DNA of 63,824 bases, counting the filler, from Parasitella parasitica NRRL 2501 (lineage: Eukaryota > Fungi > Mucoromycota), in the NCBI GenBank assembly GCA_025201805.1. It is 15 parts of 15 records of this genome, joined end to end, with 100 filler letters (N's around TTAATTAATTAA, not from the genome) between each part and the next. Parts side by side here need not be neighbours in the genome. Positions count along the whole stretch, not along the records: positions 51,759 to 53,452 come from MU619472.1; positions 53,553 to 55,672 come from MU619280.1; positions 55,773 to 57,190 come from MU619640.1; positions 57,291 to 58,715 come from MU619638.1; positions 58,816 to 60,149 come from MU619647.1; positions 60,250 to 62,178 come from MU619588.1; positions 62,279 to 63,824 come from MU619623.1; 8 more parts are not named here. The stretch is one strand, 5' to 3'. The position numbers and the translations under genes are program-made. The notes under the pieces are model-generated. The model was given only the letters and a program-made list of their open reading frames with translations. It had not been told where the DNA came from and searched no databases. Shown here piece after piece: positions 52,647 to 63,824 of this stretch. How positions within the stretch are numbered: position 1 is the first letter of the stretch; the number at the start of each line of letters is the position of its first letter.

Positions 52647-53452
52647 ATGTCCATCTCAAGTCATTCCCAGCACCACCAACCCCAAACATCAGTTGATCTG
52701 ACCAACATTTCAACTGATTTTGGTCTCACAACTACTTTTTCTGCCTCCTCTGAGAGCCAGCAAATTTCGGCCTTTATGATTGAGGTTCGAAATCGCTTAG
52801 CTCTCTTAGAAACTGCACATGCTGAAATTGTGCGGTTAAAAACGGCCTTGGCAGAGTCGGAGGCAGCTCGCCACGTTCTCGAAGCGCAGCTTGCAGCTTC
52901 TAATGTCACCCCTGCTAACCTGGCTCCCCAGCCATCAACATCTCGCTCTTCTCCTGCTTTGGATTTGACTACACCAACAGCACCACCAACACCTCCCAAA
53001 GCTACCGCTGCCAACTCTTTGCCTCCAGGTAATAAACCATCTTTTGCTTCCGTTGTTGCATCCACCAAAGGTGAAAAACGAAAGAAAAGACCTGCTGCTT
53101 CTCCTCCCTCTCTCCACAAAGCTACTGCCACTGTCAGTCGCCTGTTTGGCCCCCAAACTGATACTCCCTCGGGATATCAGTTTGTGTATATGAGTATCGC
53201 CCGTCGTCGCCCTCTTCAAGAGATCCGGCGCATTTTACAGGGTATCAAGGTTAACAATTCTCGTGTCCTTGATATCCAGTACCCTGTTCCCCATGTTGTC
53301 TCTTTTCTTGTACACCATGATTATGTATTTACTTTCACCAGTACAATGCATTTGAAAGGTCGTGGCTGCTCTCCTCTTGCTGACTTTGATCCTTGCGATC
53401 CCAAGAATCTCTTGGATCCAAAGTATGACTCTCTCTCTCCCTCTCTTCGTGC
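52647..53452 (+). CDS. Putative ORF1 of a Mucorales non-LTR retrotransposon (3'-truncated)
   Basis: Intronless. Coiled coil, P/S/T linker, SFASVVA, then YQFVY...RVLDIQYP..VVSFLVH.DY...DFDP.DP..L.DPKY, a pattern recalled from repetitive Mucorales LINE-associated proteins. Confidence 0.55.
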
Positions 53453-53552
53453 NNNNNNNNNNNNNNNNNNNNNNNNNNNNNNNNNNNNNNNNNNNNTTAA
53501 TTAATTAANNNNNNNNNNNNNNNNNNNNNNNNNNNNNNNNNNNNNNNNNNNN

Positions 53553-53994
53553 GATGGCAGGTGCTTCATCGAGAATCACATCATACGCGATGGAGTTTCC
53601 GATTATTGAGCGGGCAACAGTCTTTCCCTTGAAGTTCAAACCAGGTGTGTTCCAATCATACTTATGCATAAGAATAGACTTTGCGTCTGAATTCGTGATA
53701 AAACGCTTGTTGACGGATACAAGTACGTTTACATCTAATCGATTGTTAACGGGAGGCATTTTAATTACTATTTTTGGAAAAAAGTGAAGTTTCTTTGAAG
53801 GTAAATGCAGTGAAAGTTTATAAACAAAACAAATTCGAATCATTTAAAAAATATCTGTGTACTGTATGCAATAAACTTTGTAAGCGTAGAGCGTAATTGT
53901 AAAAAATCAAACCCTCATCCATTCAAAAATCTTCATTTAGCATCGGCCCAACTGGGCTGAATCGGCCCAAATGGGCCGACCTAATCTATACTTG
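53553..53994 (-). mobile_element. Second copy of the piggyBac 5' end (uninterrupted)
   Basis: MPPVNNRLDVNV... matches 45171-46239 without the LTR insertions. Homology ends within a few nt of TTAA at 53995-53998. Confidence 0.9.
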
Positions 53995-55407
53995 TTAATA
54001 AAAGATAGATCAGAATCTCTATATTTGAATACAATACCAATAAAAAACACAACATACCTTAAAACCGTAATATTTTGAAAATGATAATGCTGTATGTCGC
54101 AGATTCTCAATTTCGCTTGTTTTTATTGAGCAGTGTAGAGACAAGAGAAGCAACCCACATGTCAATTATAATACACCATTCGAATGCTACAATGCATTCA
54201 AACTTAGCTGTCATAACTAATAATCTATAAAAGAATTACGAGACTTGACATAGCTGTTTTTCCCATATTGTCCTCTTTTTATCAAGACTTTAAATTGAAA
54301 TAACTTTTCATACAACCAATCAATTTTCTAAACATAAAAAGTATCATATTCCACAACACCAATGTTACCTTGTCATTTAGCTTTGGTGCACCAGATTATA
54401 GTTTTTACCTTAGTTTTGTCAGTTTATATTGTTTACTGGTTTGGATGCATTTACTGTTTACGCAAAAATAAGGTCACAGGCGTACTAGAATTATGGCTAC
54501 GCCTCCTTTTTTTTTTTTTTTTTTTTGCTTCCTTACTTCTATTCCGCTATTATTTTACTATTATATACTCTTATGCTTAATTATCTACAATGCAAACGCG
54601 TGGAATTTGTGTTCATTACTGCTGGTATTATTATACGTTGTACCTCTTTGGTTGTGGGTAAAGTCGCTTTATTTCTTTAAAAACAGTAAATATTACCCAC
54701 GTTCTCTAAAAAAAACCATAACTAACACTTTTATACACGTTTTTTATAGAACCTATCACAAGAAAACAATATGCAAGATGGTGTGTTTCTGGTGCAGTAG
54801 TTCCTTCAGGTAATATCACTTATTATGTTTTGTAAGAGCTTTTTTACTAACTGAAAAATCTTTTTTGTTTTGCATTTGTAGTTTTGGTTCTCTCTTCATG
54901 TCAAGTGGATAGCCTATCATTGAAACTTGACATTAGATCTCTATCCAGGTCATACAGGAGCATGTAGGCTGTTTCTACTCATCGACTGTGCTTACCCTAG
55001 CAGTTCTTGAGATGGGCCATTTTATCCGAAGCTAGGAAGTGCGGTAAGGCATTTTTTGGCTGTTTAGGGGTGGTATTCCTTGAAATTCTACCAATTTCTA
55101 TTTTTGGTCGAATTTCAAGCTCCGCCTAACATCAAAACAGGGGGAAACCCTGTTTTTTTGTTTTTTGGATTTTAGGGTTGACTTAGCCAAATTAATCCTG
55201 ATTTTATGAGAAAAACAGAAATGAAAAAAAAAAAAATAAACAGAATTAAAAATACATAATCACCTTCCCACTTTATTTTAGCATAAACAATCAGCATGCC
55301 AGTATTTACATTGAGACTTGGAGCTGGTTTACAACAAACATATAATGCTTCTTTGCTCCATTATTTACGTAATAATACGTTAAATTAGCATTGATGTAGC
55401 AATTCTC

Positions 55408-55672
55408 CACTATGGCCTCCTGGATGTTCTCGGTGAACACAAATGTGCTCAAAAGGGAACATTATTAGGGTCATGGGAGCATTTATGTGCTTGTGAGAAC
55501 ATAAATGATTTTGCCCCAGAATGTTGTGCGTTTATAAAAAAAGTCGAGATAGCTCATTTTTAATTATATAATATTATTTCTGAGACATTTCGGTTTTTTT
55601 GTGCTTGTAGTAACATTTGCTACCAAATATTCGTTATAACATTGCATTCCAAAGATCGCATCTCTGTTTTGA
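55408..55672 (+). mobile_element. CACTA-type terminal region, third copy
   Basis: Starts CACTATGGCCTCCTGGATG and lacks the A3 insertion. Confidence 0.65.
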
Positions 55673-55772
55673 NNNNNNNNNNNNNNNNNNNNNNNNNNNN
55701 NNNNNNNNNNNNNNNNTTAATTAATTAANNNNNNNNNNNNNNNNNNNNNNNNNNNNNNNNNNNNNNNNNNNN

Positions 55773-57190
55773 AGAGCAGAGGGCGCAAGCAGGAGACAGA
55801 AAGAAGGCAGAAATAAAACAGTGTAATAGCAATTGGCAAGGAATTTTGTGACGGAGGATCAGTTGCCCTGGGCCAGCACAAAGTGCGATATGATTTTGTA
55901 GAGAATTCAGTTCAACGATGCCCAGTGCCGTTGGAAAAACATATATATTGATAAACGAAATAAAGAACGTGGTATGGACCACAGTATGATCATCTACTGG
56001 CAGAAAGATAATAGCTTGAGACAATTCAGTTTACCCAGTGCCAAGTACCATTTTGCTTTATTGGACAAAGGCAGAGATCTTGATTAGTGTTCGTAATGTA
56101 AGACTGAGCAAGTAAGCCGTATTGGGATTAGATGAAGAAATCGTATCGATATTAGTGATATGGACCCATTTGTTCTTTATGGTGGATTTCTTTTGGAGAG
56201 CACAGTCTACGAGAGCATAATCCATGGAATGACAGTATCTGCAATACGAGAGCATTGCAGCCCATGTTGCCAAAACTAGAACATTATTCTGTATATCAAA
56301 CAATTTGCGAGAAAAATTTATCGGGTAGTAAGACCAATCCATGGCATCATAGTTGAAGCTAATTATGGCTATCCTCAACGGCTAATCTTCAATCACATCA
56401 GAGTTAAAGACATTCTTGCTGTCCAAAGTCTGAGATATTTCAATGCCAATAGAGTGAACAACTGTGCCCATCAAAAAGGGACGAGTTAATTTGTTCGCAA
56501 AATAATTGATTGCGTAGGTGAGTTGATCTAGTTCAACAATATGATGCTGATTGGAGGGAAGCTTGGACGTTACGCTCGAGTTCTTGTGAAAATCTCTTAT
56601 AATGGACTTTAGACCATAATTTTTTGGATTTCTAAAGGACAGCAAACCCTTTTTTAAGCTATAACTGGAAGGGATTTTATAAAATCATCTCTATGAAAAC
56701 TGAAAAACTGCCAATCGGTTTGGATTTATCGCCTCAAAGATCCTGCAACCAAGGGTCTACATCTCATTCTAGATGATCAAGTCTCAGTCCTTGCCAATGT
56801 TGCCTTGTTTTGAAAATAACACATTGAGTCTGAGCGCAGCTTTAAAGAAATTTTGAGCAAAAAGTGGAAGGTACTGCCATCGCAAGTGTTGGACTTACTA
56901 CTGCTGTCATTTTCATTTCTGCTTGCTTTAGCCAAGTATTTGAACCAAAGGTCAATAGCCTATTGTTTGTAGACAAATTCTGTGCATAAAAATTATCTGG
57001 AAAGCTCGTATAGTTGTTTTTTACGTTGAATTGTAATACCGAATTCCTGAAAAGCTTCAGTCTGCGCTAAACAGTAAGTGTATGCAAAAGCAAAGCTCTG
57101 AAATCATAACTGATCTTGAGAATTGAGCTCAAGTATAATTTCCTGCGTAACATAAATTGTATTGTCCTCGTTCTGATTGCGTATTTTTCT
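55773..57190 (-). pseudogene. Degenerate non-LTR retrotransposon ORF2, post-RT region to zf-RVT
   Basis: Collinear stop-broken ORFs ending in LRHKIPCQLLLH...SPACALC, typical of the zinc-binding region after RT. Confidence 0.6.
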
Positions 57191-57340
57191 NNNNNNNNNN
57201 NNNNNNNNNNNNNNNNNNNNNNNNNNNNNNNNNNTTAATTAATTAANNNNNNNNNNNNNNNNNNNNNNNNNNNNNNNNNNNNNNNNNNNNAAAAAAAAAA
57301 AAAAAAAAAAGCCTGGATGCTGCGTTAAATAATATATACA

Positions 57341-58354
57341 GTAACAAGACCAGAAGCTAATACAGTGCTCGCATTAGGCCGTTTTGATCGCATCAGTACC
57401 AGGATATCATAGACAGACCGAATCGTCGTTTGCAAATTGGGGTCTTGAAAAACTTGCACAGGTGCTCCGCCAACACGTCAGCTTACCAGCAAACAATTGC
57501 CATAAATCACAAATCATTATTCAGGTATAGTAACTGAGCTACGCTTTGATTTATTCGGCATGTAGGAGCGTCTGCTTGCTAAGCAAGTCTTTGTTTTCAG
57601 TGCTCTAGTATGCCACACTCCCCAGAGAAATGGTTCAAGGAACAAGTTTGTCGAGCCATGGCTGAATTCAAGAATAGAAAGTCAACGCTGCTAATCCAGC
57701 CTCCTCGAGTATGTGTAATTTATCCGACAATGACCACAGCAGAAAACAGGTAAAAGAAAGGGGCAATTTTCGCTTTGTTGATATAGCATACTCAGTATTA
57801 CGGTGCTGCTAAGCTTTACAGGCAGGGATTTGAGTGGAGGTTTTCTTAGATTTGAAAAAGGCAAGCATATACATGCGCATTTGATTATCATGACAGAAGA
57901 GTAACCAAGTGGGAAAATAGCTTCATATGACAAAAACCACACTTGGCTCGATCCATACCTTTACGATTGGAAGAGTGAGTGTGCAGGCAGACAAGCTTTA
58001 ATGCCTCACATCAAGACCTACACCCGCACATATCAAGACAAAAACGGCAAAACGCACATTGCATGGCATCTGTTGACATCAGCAAATCTCAGTCGAGCCG
58101 CATGGGGAGACTATCAGAAGAACAAGACGCAGATCTACATAAAAAGCTTTGAATTAGGCGTCTTCTTTTGTCCTTCTCTGTGGGATGACGACGGAGAGAA
58201 TGTTGATTTGGTTCCTTGCAATGATTTAGCCAGTATGCAAGAGGCAGAGGAATCAAGTGGAAGCGAGGTAACTCGCATCAGAGTTCGTCTTCCTTATGAT
58301 TTGCCTCTTGTGCACCATGCTGGGCCTTTGCAATGCTTTACCCGGTTATCCTAA
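57341..58354 (+). CDS. TDP1: Tyrosyl-DNA phosphodiesterase 1, 3' exons
   Basis: Motifs VIYPT, GRQALMPHIKTYTR (second HKN motif), WHLLTSANLSRAAWG, SFELGV and LPYDLP. Confidence 0.92.
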
Positions 58355-59149
58355 ATCCAAGCTACACTTGTATATATACACTTCACAACTCCACTACATT
58401 GAGGATTGTTATCCTTAAAAAATACATGAAAGAAATTAGCCAGAAACCAACATTTCTCATGTTTGAGCAATGAAAAATACAAAGGAGGGATATACAAAAT
58501 GTTCAAAACTAAACCTCAAAAAGGTGCATGATTTTTAAATACAAGACACAGCGGGAATCACAAATTTCCCTGTTCAAACAAATACGTATCATGCAAAATA
58601 TGAGAATCTGATACGAGCCACCGCACTATATAAATATTGCGAGCCGAAACCCCAAAAACCATGCATTTTCTCATACAGTTTTCCAGCCTAGTAATTTCCT
58701 CACTTTTTTTTTTTTNNNNNNNNNNNNNNNNNNNNNNNNNNNNNNNNNNNNNNNNNNNNTTAATTAATTAANNNNNNNNNNNNNNNNNNNNNNNNNNNNN
58801 NNNNNNNNNNNNNNNGACAATCTTCAATCTTCAATTGAAGTACATTGTCATGATCTTCTGTCTATAATTATGGCAGATCATTCAACCCAACTTACTAAAC
58901 ATTTTATAATTGTTAAACATTTATATAATTTGTTATTTCTGTTTTTGTCATTAAGATTCACAATATTCCGGTGATTTAACAATGCTTTATATGGGTTGTG
59001 GGGTTTCTTGTTTGACATATGAATACTTTTGGTCACATTAATATTTATTTCAAGCACCAAGACTTGCGATGTTCTGACTTATTGTAATCCTAAATTCCAA
59101 AAATAAAAAATAAAAAATGTTCTTTCTTGTCGGCTTAATCACTGGTGAT

Positions 59150-59410
59150 ACCCATTATGTTTATGAGGACATATTTGACAATAGCTCAGCATCGAAAGGT
59201 ACGACTACAGCGCACTGTCAAATTAAAAACAAATTAAAATCGATCTTTTTGATATCATGAAGGTATTGAAAGAAATTTTATTGTCATGGATAACGCTTCT
59301 ATCCATAAATACAGGCCACTTATACAAAAAGCTGAAAGTAAAGGCTACAAAGTCGTACACCTCCCCGCTTATCCACCAGAATTCAACCCCATCAAACAGT
59401 TTTGGGAGAC
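59150..59410 (+). pseudogene. Tc1/mariner DDE remnant
   Basis: IVMDNASIH and, after a frameshift, KGYKVVHLPAYPPEFNPIKQFW. Confidence 0.8.
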
Positions 59411-60249
59411 GAAGCAGGAAGTTATTTTTTCACAACAAATATTCCATTAAGCCATAAGTTATATATATTGTCATCATGAAGACAAAAGAGACAAAAAAAA
59501 AGTCCCCAAAGAGTGTAATATCCCAGCTAATTTTAATTGGGAAGTTCCAACAATTCCAATTCGAAAGCTGTGAAATTTTTTAGACGAATTGCCAAAGATA
59601 ATCTAAAGGTTAATGGCAATGTTGTAAATGAAAAAAAGGGTTATTATATATCGACAATAAATTCAAGGTTTTTAGATTAATTTGTTAAGACAAGTCGATC
59701 TAGTAGCGGTGTTACCTGGCCTTAAAGTAGCCCGATTTTAAGAAATAAATAAAGGCAAAAAAAACACATTCTAACGACGAGGAGAGATATCGACTCTCAT
59801 AGGCACATGTTCTCTGTAATATGAATAAACAGATACCATACATTGAACTAGACTACTAATTGACAGATAACAATTACACATATCATATATTAGGTGTCAG
59901 CCCTGATAGCAACTTAGCAATGCTATAATACATTCCAACCAGATCAAAACATATAGTATAATCATTCTAGAAACTAATTGCTACGTGTTAATTGCACCGA
60001 ATTACAATCAAAAAATTTAGACTTCCTACTAGCCGCAATCATTTAGATTATCTGAGCATAACTTGATTTTTACTGGGTGATGTCTCTATCAAAAGTTATC
60101 TGCAAAAACAGTTTTATTTTTCATAATTTATCATGAATATCACACATTTNNNNNNNNNNNNNNNNNNNNNNNNNNNNNNNNNNNNNNNNNNNNTTAATTA
60201 ATTAANNNNNNNNNNNNNNNNNNNNNNNNNNNNNNNNNNNNNNNNNNNN

Positions 60250-62178
60250 CTTTTAGACAACGCAGGGATCAACACATCATGAACAAATTTATAACGTTCA
60301 TTGATCAGTTTGGTATCAGCTTTCTCTAGACTCATTGTTGGCTCCAGATCTGAATAATCTTCCAACATATTAGGTTGTCTATTAAATACCACAGCAAACG
60401 GACGAGATTTGTGCAATCTAGCATACTTGATATTTATACAAAAGTTGACCCAAGGAATATAACTTTCCCATTGATCACGTTTTCCTTTTAGCAACTTGAT
60501 AGTTGTTCCCTTCACAAGTTTCACATATGATTCAGCTACACTGTTACCAAGAGGATTATAAGCAAGGCTCAAAAAGCGGCTTATTCCACTAATCTCCAGC
60601 ATTTCAGTAACAACACTTCCAAGAAACTCGGTACCACGGTCCATGGACAATGCTTTAGGAAAACCAAACAAAGCAAACACTTGCAATAGTTCCTTAGCGA
60701 CACTAGAAGCACGCTTATCAGACAAACATCTGATGACTGTAAATCGAGAGAAATAATCAGTCATAATCAGGATGTACTTACTTCCACCACTGGAAGCAAC
60801 GCCAAAATCTCCCAAATCCAACGCCCAGTGATCCAAAGGTTGATCAATAGCAGCGGATTTAAAAGGATGATATCCTTCCTTGGCAATATTATATTTGTTG
60901 CATTCCAAGCATTCAGACAGAATTCGCTCAATGTCTTTTCGAATGTTGGTCCAATGAACACCATCTTTGTGCAACTGATTTTCCACATGCTTGACACCGT
61001 AATGTCCCAGCAAATGCGCACGAATAATTAGATTGTCTCTCTGATCAGCAGGAGGAGTCATATATTCAGCAAACTTAAGTGCACGAACAACTAGTTCATC
61101 CCTAAGAGTTTCCACGCTCTTTCTGGAATTCGAAAACACTCTGTTGTTTGGCACTCTTTGACCATTTGCATGTGATATTCCCATGACTTTCACAGACTTT
61201 TTCTTAATGCCACCCTCTTTTACAGACAGGATATCTTTTGCTTTTCTTTTGTTCACATACATATTCTTTGTATTTTTTGCCTTTTTTCCACCATTAGCAT
61301 AACTGCCCCCAACAAGATGACGAGCTTCAGCATCATCATCTTCATACAGTCGAGAAAAAGCATCAGGAATACAGTTTAAAATACCAGGAATATGCACAAC
61401 ATCAAAATCATACGCGAAAATCAATTCGTACCAGTTCAACATCATACTGTTAGGCGTGTCCTGAACATTAAGATAAATCAACGACTTATGGTCAACATGC
61501 AAGGTAAAGCGACGCATATACAACCAGCGATGAAACTTCTTAAAACTGTACACAATAGCTAACAATTCTCGTTTAGTGGTAGAATAGTTACGTTCAGCTA
61601 CAGATAACTTGCGCGACACCATACCAAGATAACGAATTTCGTCATCAATCACTTGATATAGCAGACCGCCAATACCAGACAAACTAGCATCAGTAGCAAC
61701 CTGTAAACGAACGTCAAAGCGAACACTGCTAATGACGGGCGCCAAACATAACGCATCCTTCAAATTTTGAACAGCAGTGTCATGGCTCTCAGTCCACACT
61801 TCCGACAAATCTTTGTAACATTTCAAAGAATCCAAATCACGAGTCAGACGCGAATAACATGGAATGGAAGAACGGAAAAAGGACATAAGACCAAGAAACG
61901 AGGCAAGTTGCTTTCCAGTTTTGATAGGACCCCAAACTGCCACATTTGCAACTTTACGAGGATCTGGAAGCAGCTTTCCCTTGATGACAGACCAACCCAA
62001 CAGATGGATACTTTGCTGAGCAAACACAACTTTATCAGGATTAAGAACCAAATTAGCTTTAGTCAACCTCTTAATCACCTCAGATACAAGTTCAAAATGA
62101 TCAGCTAGAGAGCCTCTGCTGCTCAGGATCAAATCGTCCACGTAACACACAGCTGTGTGGTTGCCATCGTCCGAATTT
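60250..62178 (-). mobile_element. Ty3/gypsy pol fragment (RT end, RNase H, integrase) with open frame
   Basis: Motifs CYVDD, ATDASLSGIGG, ERNYSTTKRELLA, HLLGH...CLEC, WALDL, DYFSRF, SMDRGTEF and VAES. Confidence 0.94.
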
Positions 62179-62278
62179 NNNNNNNNNNNNNNNNNNNNNN
62201 NNNNNNNNNNNNNNNNNNNNNNTTAATTAATTAANNNNNNNNNNNNNNNNNNNNNNNNNNNNNNNNNNNNNNNNNNNN

Positions 62279-62371
<93 letters not shown>
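62279..62371 (+). repeat. 93-nt poly(A) at contig start
   Basis: Homopolymer at a contig edge; its length is unreliable. Confidence 0.9.
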
Positions 62372-62373
<2 letters not shown>

Positions 62374-62419
62374 TGCATAAAAGAATAATAAAAAAGAAAC
62401 GATGCATAAAAGATATTAT

Positions 62420-63487
62420 GTAGCCTTCTTCAACTTTTGAAATTGCTTCTTTTCTTCAAAAAACTTCTTCTTCTCCTCAAAAAGCAGTTTTTCTTCCTTT
62501 CTCCAGCTTTTTCTTCTCTTCAACATGGTCTTCTCTTTTCTCACCAAGCTGTTGTATCCATATAAAGGCTACATATGTCATATCTAACTTAGTCATAATG
62601 CACAGATCATGATATTAATTGTTGGTAATTCTTTTACAAGTAAGGAATAAGCTACAAGTTGTAATTGGACCTCGTGCAAGGTTCCAGGCTTATTCAAAGA
62701 ATACATCTAGATCAGATCGCGGGATGTCGGGAAGACATCCTACCCAATCTTCTCTTTAATGTAAAATAGAAAGATGTAAAATAGAAAGATAGGTCTGTCC
62801 TGGAAATCCTGAGTGATTTAATAAGGTTTGACACTTCTTGTCAAACATCAGATGTTATGTGGATAAACATTGATTGGGATATATTTTAGTATAAATAGAG
62901 ATCATATCTTATGTCAATAAAAGTCTTCAGTTTTGTATCTGGTTTTATTCAGAAAAGTCTTTATTATTTTATAAAAATAATATTTACATAACATTACGCT
63001 GCGCCCTTTGATACTGGCACAACACAAGCGACTTCTCAGAAAGTCCTTGATCTTCTTCCACTTTTTTGGCTCCTTCTTTGGCCGCATCTGTCTTCCTGGT
63101 CTCCATGTTCATGCTATTTATTGCCTCAACCAGCCTTGGAATCAGCATATCTTCTTTGCTTAGCTTATCCCTTCTCAAAAAGTCCTCGATTCCCAGAAGG
63201 AATTCGCCGCAAAGACTTTACTCTTCAGAGCTGAGAGGCTTTAGCTCTAAGTCACTAAACTCCAGGACGTCTTCATTTCCATCTGACAAAAGCCCAAAAA
63301 ATTCCCCAAAGTCAGACTCCGTGACCTCTTTCTTCTTGTCATACGAAGACGGTGTAAGAACAGCCGCTTGTAAAACGGTGCCTGCACTCGATAGAGCAAT
63401 AAGAAAAGGGATATAGATTCCACTCTTCAAGGCGGAATATGGTAAATAGCCTTTGGGCCAGCCAAATTGAAGTCGCTCAAACCTCAA
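62420..63487 (-). pseudogene. Unknown acidic/Lys-Glu-rich ORF, broken by a stop and by LTR B4
   Basis: ORFs 63218-63487 and 62984-63178 are collinear. The K/E-rich frame resumes below 62549 after removing B4. Confidence 0.4.
62550..63024 (+). mobile_element. Family B copy B4 (complete)
   Basis: TSD CAAGC. Contains a 15-bp internal tandem duplication GTAAAATAGAAAGAT at ~62761-62790. Confidence 0.93.
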
Positions 63488-63491
63488 TAGT

Positions 63492-63824
63492 GTAACGGAC
63501 CCGACAAAACAGTATCACCCTACTCAGGCGGACACCTGTTACCTCTCCACGTCCAACATTTCTCACAACCAAAGCGCACTTGACCTGCCATAATGTAGGT
63601 TAGGAGATCATGATAGTGTACTTCAATTAAAGATTGGAGATTGTCCAATGATGTGTTGTTATACTGGTCGAAACAGGAGAACAAAGTCTTGGTTTCAAAT
63701 CAGAAAGGTTATCTGTAACACAAATCTGTATGATTGACAAACAATAAGGTACTGTCAGATCAAAGATCAATAACCTTGTAGTATAATAATATATCGTACC
63801 CTGTTAAGGATATGATGTTGCTTG
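63492..63824 (+). mobile_element. LTR-like sequence
   Basis: Starts TGTAAC. 63581-63640 matches the 3' 60 bp of the gypsy LTR at 49323-49382. Confidence 0.5.

Noticed and set aside
55172-55179. AACCCTAA on the minus strand as a telomerase template
   Set aside because: An 8-mer expected by chance in 64 kb, and the G-U pairing pattern favours the opposite strand.
2151-62278. Recurrent TTAATTAATTAA flanked by N, resembling a regular repeat array
   Set aside because: Synthetic six-frame-stop linker. Not CRISPR or biological, and ORFs running through N are artefacts.

Overview
This window is eukaryotic fungal DNA, most consistent with a Mucorales genome (AT-rich, short GT-AG introns, Mucorales-type transposon proteins). 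It is not one locus: 15 contigs/scaffolds are joined by 14 artificial 100-nt N-TTAATTAATTAA-N linkers. One gene-dense scaffold (12861-39957) carries about 12 genes: mitochondrial carrier, CLC Cl-/H+ transporter, SEC9, a Dis3L2/Ssd1-type RNB protein with a degenerate active site, a NELF-A homologue with an unusually long structured first intron, F-box/LRR, STE14/ICMT, IST1, SAPS-like, NOT4, VPS68 and an orphan zinc-finger membrane protein. The other contigs are mostly transposon debris: Ty3/gypsy pol fragments, piggyBac, Tc1/mariner, MULE (GCM-like and SWIM), CACTA-type, Helitron-like and LINE remnants, plus the 3' part of TDP1. At least seven families (labelled A-G here) of short TG...CA solo-LTR-like elements with 5-bp target-site duplications (TSDs) are nested in that debris. 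Main leads: a fungal NELF-A and its structured intron, the RNB pseudonuclease, an inversion recorded by swapped TSDs, a possible MULE+Helitron chimera, and a spliced multi-hairpin ncRNA candidate. All family assignments come from motif recognition by eye; no searches were run.
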